Shown: one piece after another, positions 51,401-64,000 of the stretch | Position numbering within the stretch: position 1 is the first letter of the stretch | Layout of the letters: each line of letters begins with the position of its first letter | NCBI GenBank assembly: GCA_964016885.1 | Contig: OZ024764.1 | Coordinates: 27,156,001-27,220,000, forward strand | Direction: 5' to 3' | Origin: Eledone cirrhosa | Lineage: Eukaryota | DNA: 64,000 bases | The notes under the pieces: model-generated | What the model saw: the letters and a program-made list of their open reading frames with translations, nothing else | Told to the model about the DNA's origin: nothing | Database searches by the model: none | Translations under genes and position numbers: made by a program

Positions 51401-52146
51401 AGAATGGAAAACATTCAGACAGAGAAGAATGGATAATGAGCGTTGTAAGAGAAATTGGCCAACAATTAATATTAATGGAAATGTAGAAGAATTTCATACT
51501 AGTGATATGAATGTTTCGTGTGATCACTGTGGAGCTTTGAAATTTAGAAATGAAAATTGTAACTGTTGTAATAAAGGAAAGGTTGTGTTGCCACCATTGC
51601 AAATATACCCTGAGAGACTGAGAAATCTCTTTGAAAGAGGCCAGGAAGCAGTTGATTTCACAGAAACATCTGCAATTAAAACTACATTTATTTCACTTCA
51701 TTTGGTGTTACCACCCGGCAGAGGCCCGTATAGCTTTCATATTCAGGGTCAAACATATCACTACACCCCCATCTCTGTAACCTGCAGAAAATACACCACA
51801 ATATGGCCAGTTATATATTATTGATGGGAACGAAGGTATGTAGCACAGATTGGAAGTACGTCCAAATAATTGTTTCTAGCACAAGGCCAGCAATTACTGG
51901 TACTTTATTCTATCGACCTAATAAGGATGAAAACAAAGTCAACCTTGGAGGGATTTGAACCCAGAACGTAAAGGGACATAACCCTATGCTGTAAAGCATG
52001 GTGTCTGGCGCTCTACCGATACTGCCAATCCACTGCCCTAGTACCAACAAATAATGACTGCTCACCACAAAAAATGGCTATGATAAGAGAAGTGTTGCAT
52101 GAATGTAATTCATATGTCGAAGTGTACAATACAATGCATGGCATCA
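51401..52146 (+). pseudogene. Helitron pseudogene copy 3, 5' part (SINE at 51871-52039)
   Basis: ORF 51429..51824 matches copies 1 and 2. A 30-bp deletion between AGAAT repeats removes the first ATG. Ends at GGCATCA, as in copy 2. Confidence 0.9.
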
Positions 52147-52150
52147 CAAA

Positions 52151-52187
<37 letters not shown>

Positions 52188-52722
52188 TACTAAAGAGTAT
52201 GTAAAATTTTAAAATAAATACTTAAATTCAATTTGTATAATTACACATACAATATGTTTTGTTGTAAAACCCTAAATAATGATTTAAGAAATGATGTCAA
52301 TCTCTTTGTACAGAGAAAAACAATTTATATATATGCATTGTGTGCGCGTGTATACTCCATTTAAGACAGTGAAAAACCTAGTACCTCCTTCAAAGAATGC
52401 CAAATAGTTTATGCCTAAGGTGTAACACTAATTAAGTTACCGGTGTAGATATTTCAGTTGAACCCTGCTTCAAACATGCATATTATTATTATATATTTTC
52501 AAACACACTTACATACATTATATTTATACACATAGAAATAATAAGTTAAAACTAAAGTATAATGATATAACAACAGTATATAATAGTTTTCTTCACTTTA
52601 TTGAAATGCAATCGTTTTAAAGAAAAAACATGACAGTATAAGAAATATTTAATATGATAACATAATATTTCAGGTAGGATGGTCGTTTCTCTATGATGGT
52701 GGTTTCTCTTTGAACTAATAAT

Positions 52723-52887
52723 TGTTTCTATTTTAGGCACAAGGTCAGTAATTAACCAGTACATTACTGGTACTTTATTTTATCGACCCCGTAAGGATGA
52801 AAGGCAAAGTTGACCTCGGATCGTAAAGGGACGTAACTATGCTGGAAAGCATGGCGTCAGACCCTCTACCGATACTGCCAATTCACC
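52723..52887 (-). mobile_element. tRNA-derived SINE (paralog of 38406-38570)
   Basis: Same core and A-box. Confidence 0.8.
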
Positions 52888-53081
52888 ATACAGTATAATT
52901 ATACAAATATGCATATAGATAGCAATATATATACACTAATATGTATGTACATATTTACACATATGTACATATATATAGGGAGAGAGAGAGACACATGTAT
53001 GTATATATATATACACATGCGTGTATGCATGTGTGTTTATGTACATTCTTCGGTATATATATCGGTATACACATTGGAGAC

Positions 53082-53341
53082 ACAGAGAGAGAGAGTTGAA
53101 ACGAGAGGTGAGAGAGTTGAAACAAGAGAGGAGATGGTTGAAACACGAGGAGAGAGAGAGAGTTGAAACGAGAGGAGAGAGAGAGAGTTGAAACGAGGAG
53201 AGAGTTGAAACAAGAGGGTGAGGGGAGAGAGGAAGAGAGAGAGAGGGGATGAGAGAGAGGAATAGAGATAGAGGGGAAGAGAGAGAGGGGGAGAGAAGGG
53301 GATGAAACAACAGAGAGAGGGGAGAGAAAGAGAGAGGGGAT

Positions 53342-53393
<52 letters not shown>

Positions 53394-56300
53394 GAAACAA
53401 GAGAGAGATGAAACAAGTGAGGGATTAGAGAGAGATGAAACAAGTGAGGGATTAGAGTGTTGAAACAAGAGAGAGAGAGCGAGATGAAATGAGAGAAAGA
53501 GAGTGAGATGAAATGAGAGAGTGGGAGCGAGATGAAACGAGACAGGGAGAGCGAGATGAAATGAGAGAGTTAGAGTGAGATGAAACGAGAGAGTGAGAGC
53601 GAGATGAAACGAGAGACAGAGAGAGCGAGATGACACGAGACAGAGAGCGAGATGAAATGAGAGAGAGAGAGTGAGAGAGAGAGATGAAACGAGAGAGAGA
53701 GTGCGAGATGAAACGAGAGTGAGAGAGCGAGATGAAACGAGAGAGTGAGAGCGAGATGAAATGAGAGAGAGAGAGAACGAGATGAAATGAGAGAGAGAGA
53801 GAGCGAGATGAAATGAGACATAGAGAGATGAAACGAGAGAGAGATGAAACGAGAAAGAGAGGAAACGAGAAAGAGGAAACGTGAGTAGAGAGCGAGATGA
53901 AACAGGAGCGAGAGAGCGAGATGAAACGAGAGGGAGAGAGAGATGAAACGAGAGCGAGAGAGAGATAGAGGGAAATGAAACGTCAGAGAGAGAGACAGAT
54001 GAAACGAGGGATATAGAGATGAAACGAGAGAGAGAGATGAAACGAGAGAGAGGAAGAGAGAGATAGAACGAGAGAGAGGAAGAGAGAGATGAAACGAGAG
54101 AGAAGAAGACAGAGGTGAAACGAGAGAGAGAGCGAGATGAAACGAGAGAGAGAGCGAGATGAAACGAGAGAGAGGAAGAGAGAGAGCGAGAGATGAAACT
54201 CTGTCATGGACATATCTGACCCTGGGGCTAATAATTGTCATGTAATGTTATGGACATCTCTGCCCCTGTGGCTAATAATTCTGTCATGTAATGTTATGGA
54301 CATCTCTGCCCCTGTGGCTAATAATTCTGTCATGTAATGTTATGGAAATCTCTGCCCCTGTGGCTAATAATTCTGACATGTAATGTTATGGAATCTCTGC
54401 CCCTGTGGCTAATAAATCTGTCATTTGATGTTACGGACATCTCTGCCCCTGTGGCTAATAAATCTGTCATGTAATGTTATGGACATCTCTGCCCCTGTGG
54501 CTAATAATTCTGACATGTAATGTTATGGACATCTCTGCCCCTGTAGCTAATAATTCTGACATGTAATGTTATGGACATCTCTGCCCCTGTGGCTAATAAA
54601 TTCGTCATGTAATGTTATGGACATCTCTGCCCCTGTGACTAATAAATCTGTCATGTAATGTTATGGACATCTCTGCCCCTGTGGCTAATAATTCTGACAT
54701 GTAATGTTATGGACATCTCTGCCCCTGTGGCTAATAATTCTGACACGTAATGTTATGGTCATCTCTGCCCCTGTGGCTAATAATTCTGAGAGAGATGAAA
54801 CAAGTGAGGGATTAGAGAGAGATGAAACAAGTGAGGGATTAGAGTGTTGAAACAAGAGAGAGAGAGGAAGAGAGAGTGAGAGCGAAATCAAACGAGAGAG
54901 AGCGAGATGAAATGAGAGAGTGAGAGCGAGATGAAACGAGAGAGAGAGAGAGAGCGAGATGAAATGAGAGAGAGAGAGCGAGATGAAATGAGAGAGAGAG
55001 AGCGAGATGAAACGAGACAGAGAGAGCGGGATGAAACGAGACAGAGAGAGCGAGAGCGAGATGAAACGAGACAGAGAGAGCGAGATGAAACGAGAGAGAG
55101 AGAGCGAGATGAAATTAGAGAGAGAGAGCGAGATGAAATGAGAGAGAGAGAGCGAGATGAAACGAGAGAGTGAGAGCGAGATGGAACGAGACAGAGAGAG
55201 CGAGATGAAACGAGAGTGGGAGAGCTAGATGAAACGAGAGAGAGAGGAAATGAGAGAGACGAAACGAGAGAGAGGAAACGAGAGTAGAGAGCGAGATGAA
55301 ACAGGAGAGAGAGAGCGAGATGAAACAGGAGCGAGAGAGCGAGATGAAACGAGAGGGAGAGAGAGATGAAACGAGAGAGCGAGAGAGAGATAGAGGGAGA
55401 TGAAACGACAGAGAGAGAGACAGATGAAACGAGGGAGATAGAGATGAAACGAGAGAGAGAGATGAAACGAGAGAGAGGAAGAGAGAGATGGAACGAGAGA
55501 GAGGAAGAGAGAGATGGAACGAGAGAGAGGAAGACAGAGATGAAACGAGAGAGAGAGAGAGCAAGATGAAACGAGAGAGAGAGATGAAACGAGAGAGAGG
55601 AAGAGAGAGATGGAACGAGAGAGAGGAAGAGAGAGATGGAACGAGAGAGAGGAAGACAGAGATGAAACGAGAGAGAGAGAGATCGAGATGAAACGAGAGA
55701 GAGGAAGAGAGAGAGCGCAAGATGAAACGAGAGAGAGATAGAGAGCGAGATGAAACGAGAGAGAGGAAGAGAGAGAGCGCGAGATGAAACGAGAGAGAGG
55801 AAGAGAGAGAGAGCGCGAGATGAAATGAGAGAGAGAGAGCGAGATGAAATGAGAGATTGAGAGTGAGATGAAACGAGAGAGTGAGAGAGAGCGAGATGAA
55901 ATGAGAGAGAGAGAGCGAGATGAAATGAAAGAGAGAGAGCGAGATGAAACGAGACAGATAGAGCGGGATGAAACGAGACAGAGAGATCGAGATGAAATGA
56001 GAGAGAGAGAGCGAGATGAAATGAGAGAGAGAGAGCGAGATGAAACGAGAGAGTGAGAGCGAGATGGAACGAGTCAGAGAGAGCGAAATGAAACGAGAGA
56101 GTGAGAGCTAGATGAAACGAGAGAGAGAGGAAACGAGAGAGATAGGAAACGAGAGAGAGGAAACGAGAGAGAGGAAACGAGAGTAGAGAGCAAGATGAAA
56201 CAGGAGAGAGAGAGAGCGAGATGAAACCGGAGAGAGAGAGCGAGATGAAACGAGAGGGAGGGAGAGATGAAACGAGAGAGCGAGAGAGAGATAGAGGGAG

Positions 56301-59300
56301 ATGAAACGAGAGAGTGATAGCTAGATGAAACGAGAGAGAGAGGAATAGAGAGATGGAACGAGAGAGAGGAAGACAGATATGAAACGAGAGAGAGAGAGAG
56401 CGAGATGAAACGAGAGAGAGGAAGAGAGAGAGCGCGAGATGAAAGTCTGTCATGTAATGTTATGGACATATCTGCCCTTGGGGCTAATAATTGTCATGTA
56501 ATGTTATGGACATATCTACCCTTGGGGCTAATAATTGTCATGTAATGTTATGTACATCTCTGCCCCTGTGGCAAATAATTCTGTCATGTTATGTTATGGA
56601 CTTCTCTGTCCCTGTGGCTAATAATTATGTCATGTAATGTTATGGACATCTCTGCCCCTGTGGCTAATAATTCTGTCATGTAATGTTATGGACATCTCTG
56701 CCCCTGTGGCTAATAAATTCGTCATTTAATGTTAGGGACATCTCTGCCCCTGTGGCTAATAAATCTGTCATGTAATGTTATGGACATCTCTGCCCCTGTG
56801 GCTAATAATTCTGACATGTAATGTTATGGATATCTCTGCCCCTGTGGCTAATAATTCTGAGAGAGATGAAACAAGTGAGGGATAAGAGAGAGATGAAACA
56901 AATGAGGGATTAGAGTGTTGAAACAAGAGAGAGAGAGGAAGAGAGAGTGAGAGCGAGATCAAACGAGAGAGAGAGAGCGAGATGAAATGAGAGAGTGAGA
57001 GCGAGATGAAACGAGAGAGAGAGAGCGAGATGAAATGAGAGAGCGAGAGCGAGATGAAATGAGAGAGAGAGAGCGAGATGAAACGAGACAGAGAGAGCGA
57101 GATGAAACGAGAGAGAGAGAGAGCGAAATGAAACGAGACAGATTAGAGCGAGATGAAACGAGAGAGAGAGAGCGAGATGAAATGAGAGAGAGAGAGCGAG
57201 ATGAAACGAGAGAGTGAGAGCTAGAGGAAACGAGAGAGAGAGGAAACGAGAGAGAGGATACGAGAGAGAGGAAACGAGAGTAGAGAGCGAGATGAAACAG
57301 GAGAGAGAGAGCGAGATGAAACAGGAGAGAGAGAGCCAGATGAAACGAGAGGGAGAGAGAGATGAAACGAGAGAGCGAGAGAGAGATAGAGGGAGATGAA
57401 ACGACAGAGAGAGAGACAGATGAAACGAGGGAGATAGAGATGAAACGAGAGAGAGAGATGAAACGAGAGAGAGGAAGAGAGAGATGGAACGAGAGAGAGG
57501 AAGAGAGAGATGGAACGAGAGAGAGGAAGACAGAGATGAAACGAGAGAGAGAGAGAGCGAGATGAAACGAGAGAGAGGAAGAGAGAACGCGAGATGAAAC
57601 GAGAGAGAGAGAGAGCAAGATGAAACGAGAGAGAGGAAGAGAGAGAGCGCAAGATGAAACGAGAGAGAGAGCGCGAGATGAAAGTCTGTCATGTAATGTT
57701 ATGGACATATCTGCTATTGGGGCTAATAATTGTCATGTAATGTTATGGAAATCTCTGCCTCTGTGGCTAATAATTCTTTCATGTAATGTTATGGACATCT
57801 CTGCCCCTGTGGCTAATAATTCTGTCATGTAATGTTATGGACATCTCTGCCCCTGTGGCTAATAAATCTGTCATGTAATGTTATGGACATCTCTGCCCCT
57901 GTGGCTAATAATTCTGACATGTAATGTTATGGACATATCTGCCCTTGGGGCTAATAATTGTCATGTAATGTTATGGACATATCTACCCTTGGGGCTAATA
58001 ATTGTCATGTAATGTTATGTACATCTCTGCCCCTGTGGCAAATAATTCTGTCATGTAATGTTATGGACACCTCTGTCCCTGTGGCTAATAATTATGTCAT
58101 GTAATGTTATGGACATCTCTGCCCCTGTGGCTAATAATTCTGTCATGTAATGTTATGGACATCTCTGCCCCTGTGGCTAATAAATTCGTCATGTAATGTT
58201 ATGGACATCTCTGCCCCTGTGGCTAATAAATCTGTCATGTAATGTTTTGGACATCTCTTCCCCTGTGGCTAATAATTCTGACATGTAATGTTATGGATAT
58301 CTCTGCCCCTATGGCTAATAATTCTGAGAGAGATGAAACAAGTGAGGGATAAGAGAGAGATGAAACAAGTGAGGGATTAGAGTGTTGAAACAAGAGAGAG
58401 AGAGGAAGAGAGAGTGAGAGCGAGATCAAACGAGAGAGAGAGAGCGAGATGAAATGAGAGAGTGAGAGCGAGATGAAACGAGAGAGAGAGAGAGCGAGAT
58501 GAAATGAGAGAGAGAGAGCGAGATGAAATGAGAGAGAGAGAGCGAGATGAAACGAGACAGAGAGAGCTAGGTGAAACGAGAGAGAGAGAGAGCGAAATGA
58601 AACGAGACAGATTAGAGCGAGATGAAACGAGAGAGAGAGAGCAAGATGAAATGAGAGAGAGAGAGCGAGATGAAACGAGAGAGTGAGAGCTAGAGGAAAC
58701 GATAGAGAGAGGAAACGAGAGAGAGAAGAAACGAGAGAGAGGATACGAGAGAGAGGAAACGAGAGTAGAGAGCGAGATGAAACAGGAGAGAGAGAGCGAG
58801 ATGAAACGAGAGGGAGAGTGAGATGAAACGAGAGAGCGAGAGAGAGATAGAGGGAGATGAAACGACAGAGAGAGAGACAGATGAAACGAGGGAGATAGAG
58901 ATGAAACGAGAGAGAGAGATGAAACGAGAGAGAGGAAGAGAGAGATGGAACGAGAGAGAGGAAGAGAGAGATGGAACGAGAGAGAGGAAGACAGAGATGA
59001 AACGAGAGAGAGAGAGAGCGAGATGAAACGAGAGAGAGGAAGAGAGAGAACGCGAGATGAAACGAGAGAGAGAGCAAGATGAAACGAGAGAGAGGAAGAG
59101 AGAGAGCGCAAGATGAAACGAGAGAGAGAGAGAGATGAAAGTCTGTCATGTAATGTTATGGACATATCTGCCCTTGGGGCTAATAATTGTCATGTAATGT
59201 TATGGAAATCTCTGCCCCTGTGGCTAATAATTCTGTCATGTAATGTTATGGACATCTCTGCCCCTGTGGCTAATAATTCTGTCATGTAATGTTATGGACA

Positions 59301-62300
59301 TCTCTGCCCCTGTGGCTAATAAATCTGTCATGTAATGTTATGGACATCTCTGCCCCTGTGGCTAATAATTCTGACATGTAATGTTATGGACATCTCTGCC
59401 CCTGTGGCTAATAAATATGACATGTAATGTTATGGACATCTCTGCCCCTGTGACTAATAATTCTGTCATGTAATGTTATGGACATCTCTGCCCCTGTGGC
59501 TAATAAATTCGTCATGTAATGTTATGGACATCTCTGCCCCTGTGGCTAATAAATCTGTCATGTAATGTTATGGACATCTCTGCCCCTGTGGCTAATAATT
59601 CTGACATGTAATGTTATGGATATCTCTGCCCCTGTGGCTAATAATTCTGAGAGAGATGAAACAAGTGAGGGATAAGAGAGAGATGAAACAAATGAGGGAT
59701 TAGAGTGTTGAAACAAGAGAGAGAGAGGAAGAGAGAGTGAGAGCGAGATCAAACGAGAGAGAGAGAGCGAGATGAAATGAGAGAGTGAGAGCGAGATCAA
59801 ACGAGAGAGAGAGAGCGAGATGAAATGAGAGAGCGAGAGCGAGATGAAATGAGAGAGAGAGAGTGAGATGAAACGAGACAGAGAGAGCGAGATGAAACGA
59901 GAGAGAGAGAGAGAGCGAAATGAAACGAGACAGATTAGAGCGAGATGAAACGAGAGAGAGAGAGCGAGATGAAATGAGAGAGAGAGAGCGAGATGAAACG
60001 AGAGAGTGAGAGCTAGAGGAAACGAGAGAGAGAGGAAACGAGAGAGAGGATACGAGAGAGAGGAAACGAGAGTAGAGAGCGAGATGAAACAGGAGAGAGA
60101 GAGCGAGATGAAACAGGAGAGAGAGAGCGAGATGAAACGAGAGGGAGAGAGAGATGAAACGAGAGAGCGAGAGAGAGATAGAGGGAGATGAAACGACAGA
60201 GAGAGAGACAGATGAAACGAGGGAGATAGAGATGAAACGAGAGAGAGAGATGAAACGAGAGAGAGGAAGAGAGAGATGGAACGAGAGAGAGGAAGAGAGA
60301 GATGGAACGAGAGAGAGGAAGACAGAGATGAAACGAGAGGGAGATAGAGCGAGATGAAACGAGAGAGAGGAAGAGAGAACGCGAGATGAAACGAGAGAGA
60401 GAGAGAGCAAGATGAAACGAGAGAGAGGAAGAGAGAGAGCGCAAGATGAAACGAGAGAGAGAGCGCGAGATGAAAGTCTGTCATGTAATGTTATGGACAT
60501 ATCTGCCCTTGGGGCTAATAATTGTCATGTAATGTTATGGAAATCTCTGCCTCTGTGGCTAATAATTCTTTCATGTAATGTTATGGACATCTCTGCCCCT
60601 GTGGCTAATAATTCTGTCATGTAATGTTATGGACATCTCTGCCCCTGTGGCTAATAAATCTGTCATGTAATGTTATGGACATCTCTGCCCCTGTGGCTAA
60701 TAATTCTGACATGTAATGTTATGGACATCTCTGCCCCTGTGGCTAATAAATATGACATGTAATGTTATGGACATCTCTGCCCCTGTGGCTAATAAATCTG
60801 TCATGTAATGTTATGGACATCTCTGCCCCTGTGGCTAATAATTCTGACATGTAATGTTATGGACATCTCTGCCCCTGTGGCTAATAATTCTGAGAGAGAT
60901 GAAACAAGTGAGGGATTAGAGAGAGATGAAACAAGTGAGGGATTAGAGTGTTGAAACAAGAGAGAGAGAGAGGAAGAGAGAGTGAGAGCGAAATCAAACG
61001 AGAGAGAGCGAGATGAAATGAGAGAGTGAGAGCGAGATGAAACGAGAGAGAGAGAGAGAGCGAGATGAAATGAGAGAGAGAGAGCGAGATGAAATGAGAG
61101 AGAGAGAGCGAGATGAAACGAGACAGAGAGAGCGGGATGAAACGAGACAGAGAGAGCGAGAGCGAGATGAAACGAGACAGAGAGAGCGAGATGAAACGAG
61201 AGAGAGAGAGCGAGATGAAATGAGAGAGAGAGAGAGAGATGAAATGAGAGAGAGAGAGCGAGATGAAACGAGAGAGTGAGAGCGAGATGGAACGAGACAG
61301 AGAGAGCGAGATGAAACGAGAGTGGGAGAGCTAGATGAAACGAGAGAGATAGGAAACGAGAGAGACGAAACGAGAGAGAGGAAACGAGAGTAGAGAGCGA
61401 GATGAAACAGGAGAGAGAGAGCGAGATGAAACAGGAGAGAGAGAGCGAGATGAAACGAGAGGGAGAGAGAGATGAAACGAGAGAGCGAGAGAGAGATAGA
61501 GGGAGATGAAACGACAGAGAGAGAGACAGATGAAACGAGGGAGATAGAGATGAAACGAGAGAGAGAGATGAAACGAGAGAGAGGAAGAGAGAGATGGAAC
61601 GAGAGAGAGGAAGGGAGAGATGGAACGAGAGAGAGGAAGACAGAGATGAAACGAGAGAGAGAGAGAGCAAGATGAAACGAGAGAGAGAGATGAAACGAGA
61701 GAGAGGAAGAGAGAGATGGAACGAGAGAGAGGAAGAGAGAGATGGAACGAGCGAGAGGAAGACAGAGATGAAACGAGACAGAGAGAGATCGAGATGAAAC
61801 GAGAGAGAGGAAGAGAGAGAGCGCAAGATGAAACGAGAGAGAGAGAGAGAGCGAGATGAAACGAGAGAGAGGAAGAGAGAGAGCGCGAGATGAAACGAGA
61901 GAGAGGAAGAGAGAGAGCGCGAGATGAAATGAGAGAGAGAGAGCGAGATGAAATGAGAGATTGAGAGTGAGATGAAACGAGAGAGTGAGAGAGAGCGAGA
62001 TGAAATGACAGAGAGAGAGCGAGATGAAATGAGAGAGAGAGAGAGCGAGATGAAACGAGACAGAGAGAGCGGGATGAAACGAGACAGAGAGATCGAGATG
62101 AAATGAGAGAGAGAGAGCGAGATGAAATGAGAGAGAGAGAGAGCGAGATGAAACGAGAGAGTGAGAGCGAGATGGAACGAGTCAGAGAGAGCGAGATGAA
62201 ACGAGAGAGTGAGAGCTAGATGAAACGAGAGAGAGAGGAAACGAGAGAGGAAACGAGAGAGAGGAAACGAGAGAGAGGAAACGAGAGTAGAGAGCAAGAT

Positions 62301-64000
62301 GAAACAGGAGAGAGAGAGCGAGAGAGAGATAGAGGGAGATGAAACGAGAGAGTGATAGCTAGATGAAACGAGAGAGAGAGGAATAGAGAGATGGAACGAG
62401 AGAGAGGAAGACAGATATGAAACGAGAGAGAGAGAGAGCGAGATGAAACGAGAGAGAGGAAGAGAGCGCGAGATGAAACGAGAGAGAGAGAGCGAGATGA
62501 AACGAGAGAGAGCGAGATGAAACGAGAGAGAGGAAGAGAGAGAGCGCGAGATGAAAGTCTGTCATGTAATGTTATGGACATATCTGCCCTTGGGGCTAAT
62601 AATTGTCATGTAATGTTATGGACATATCTACCCTTGGGGCTAATAATTGTCATGTAATGTTATGTACATCTCTGCCCCTGTGGCAAATAATTCTGTCATG
62701 TAATGTTATGGACACCTCTGTCCCTGTGGCTAATAATTATGTCATGTAATGTTATGGACATCTCTGCCCCTGTGGCTAATAATTCTGTCATGTAATGTTA
62801 TGGACATCTCTGCCCCTGTGGCTAATAAATTCGTCATGTAATGTTATGGACATCTCTGCCCCTGTGGCTAATAAATCTGTCATGTAATGTTTTGGACATC
62901 TCTTCCCCTGTGGCCAATAATTCTGACATGTAATGTTATGGATATCTCTGCCCCTGTGGCTAATAATTCTGAGAGAGATGAAACAAGTGAGGGATAAGAG
63001 AGAGATGAAACAAGTGAGGGATTAGAGTGTTGAAACAAGAGAGAGAGAGGAAGAGAGAGTGAGAGCGAGATCAAACGAGAGAGAGAGAGCGAGATGAAAT
63101 GAGAGAGTGAGAGCGAGATGAAACGAGAGAGAGAGAGCGAGATGAAATGAGAGAGAGAGAGCGAGATGAAATGAGAGAGAGAGAGCGAGATGAAACGAGA
63201 CAGAGAGAGCGAGGTGAAACGAGAGAGAGAGAGAGCGAAATGAAACGAGACAGATTAGAGCGAGATGAAACGAGAGAGAGAGAGAGCAAGATGAAATGAG
63301 AGAGAGAGAGCGAGATGAAACGAGAGAGTGAGAGCTAGAGGAAACGATAGAGAGAGGAAACGAGAGAGAGAGGAAACGAGAGAGAGGATACGAGAGAGAG
63401 GAAACGAGAGTAGAGAGCGAGATGAAACAGGAGAGAGAGAGCGAGATGAAACAGGAGAGAGAGAGCGAGATGAAACGAGAGGGAGAGTGAGATGAAACGA
63501 GAGAGCGAGAGAGAGATAGAGGGAGATGAAACGACAGAGAGAGAGACAGATGAAACGAGGGAGATAGAGATGAAACGAGAGAGAGAGATGAAACGAGAGA
63601 GAGGAAGCGAGAGATGGAACGAGAGAGAGGAAGAGAGAGATGGAACGAGAGAGAGGAAGACATAGATGAAACGAGAGAGAGAGAGAGCTAGATGAAACGA
63701 GAGAGAGGAAGAGAGAGAACGCGAGATGAAACGAGAGAGAGAGCAAGATGAAACGAGAGAGAGGAAGAGAGAGAGCGCAAGATGAAACGAGAGAGAGAGA
63801 GCGCGAGATGGAAGTCTGTCATGTAATGTTATGGACATATCTGCCCTTGGGGCTAATAATTGTCATGTAATGTTATGGAAATCTCTGCCCCTGTGGCTAA
63901 TAATTCTGTCATGTAATGTTATGGACATCTCTGCCCCTGTGGCTAATAATTCTGTCATGTAATGTTATGGACATCTCTGCCCCTGTGGCTAATAAATCTG
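53082..64000 (+). repeat. Composite satellite array, at least 7 higher-order units, running off the window
   Basis: GA blocks start at about 53082, 54788, 56859, 58326, 59649, 60891 and 62970 and alternate with 46-bp blocks. Confidence 0.97.

Overview
This window is repeat-saturated eukaryotic DNA with no intact protein-coding gene. The host is probably a cephalopod or other mollusc, inferred only from a tRNA-derived SINE that resembles the Octopus SINE family as I recall it. About 60% of the window is a composite satellite in which GA-rich blocks built on GCGAGATGAAAC(GA)n alternate with blocks of a 46-bp minisatellite. It occupies 243-24250 (switching strand at about 13861), 38772-40494 and 53082-64000. 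The rest is a roughly 12.7-kb tandem macro-repeat (copies starting at 24251, 36931 and 51258). Each unit holds an internally deleted Helitron RepHel pseudogene, a degenerate PHD finger, three different CRE-like non-LTR endonuclease remnants, SINEs, hAT-like ends, a large palindromic element and an internal 1.86-kb duplication. The junction of that duplication carries a perfect snap-back hairpin and an 89-bp 'dumbbell' concatemer whose interior is flipped between copies. The satellite sits inside an insertion that splits the Helitron at one TCA site, and its length differs greatly between copies. Nearly all ORFs in the supplied track are low-complexity artefacts. Family assignments come from motif recognition by eye; no database searches were run.
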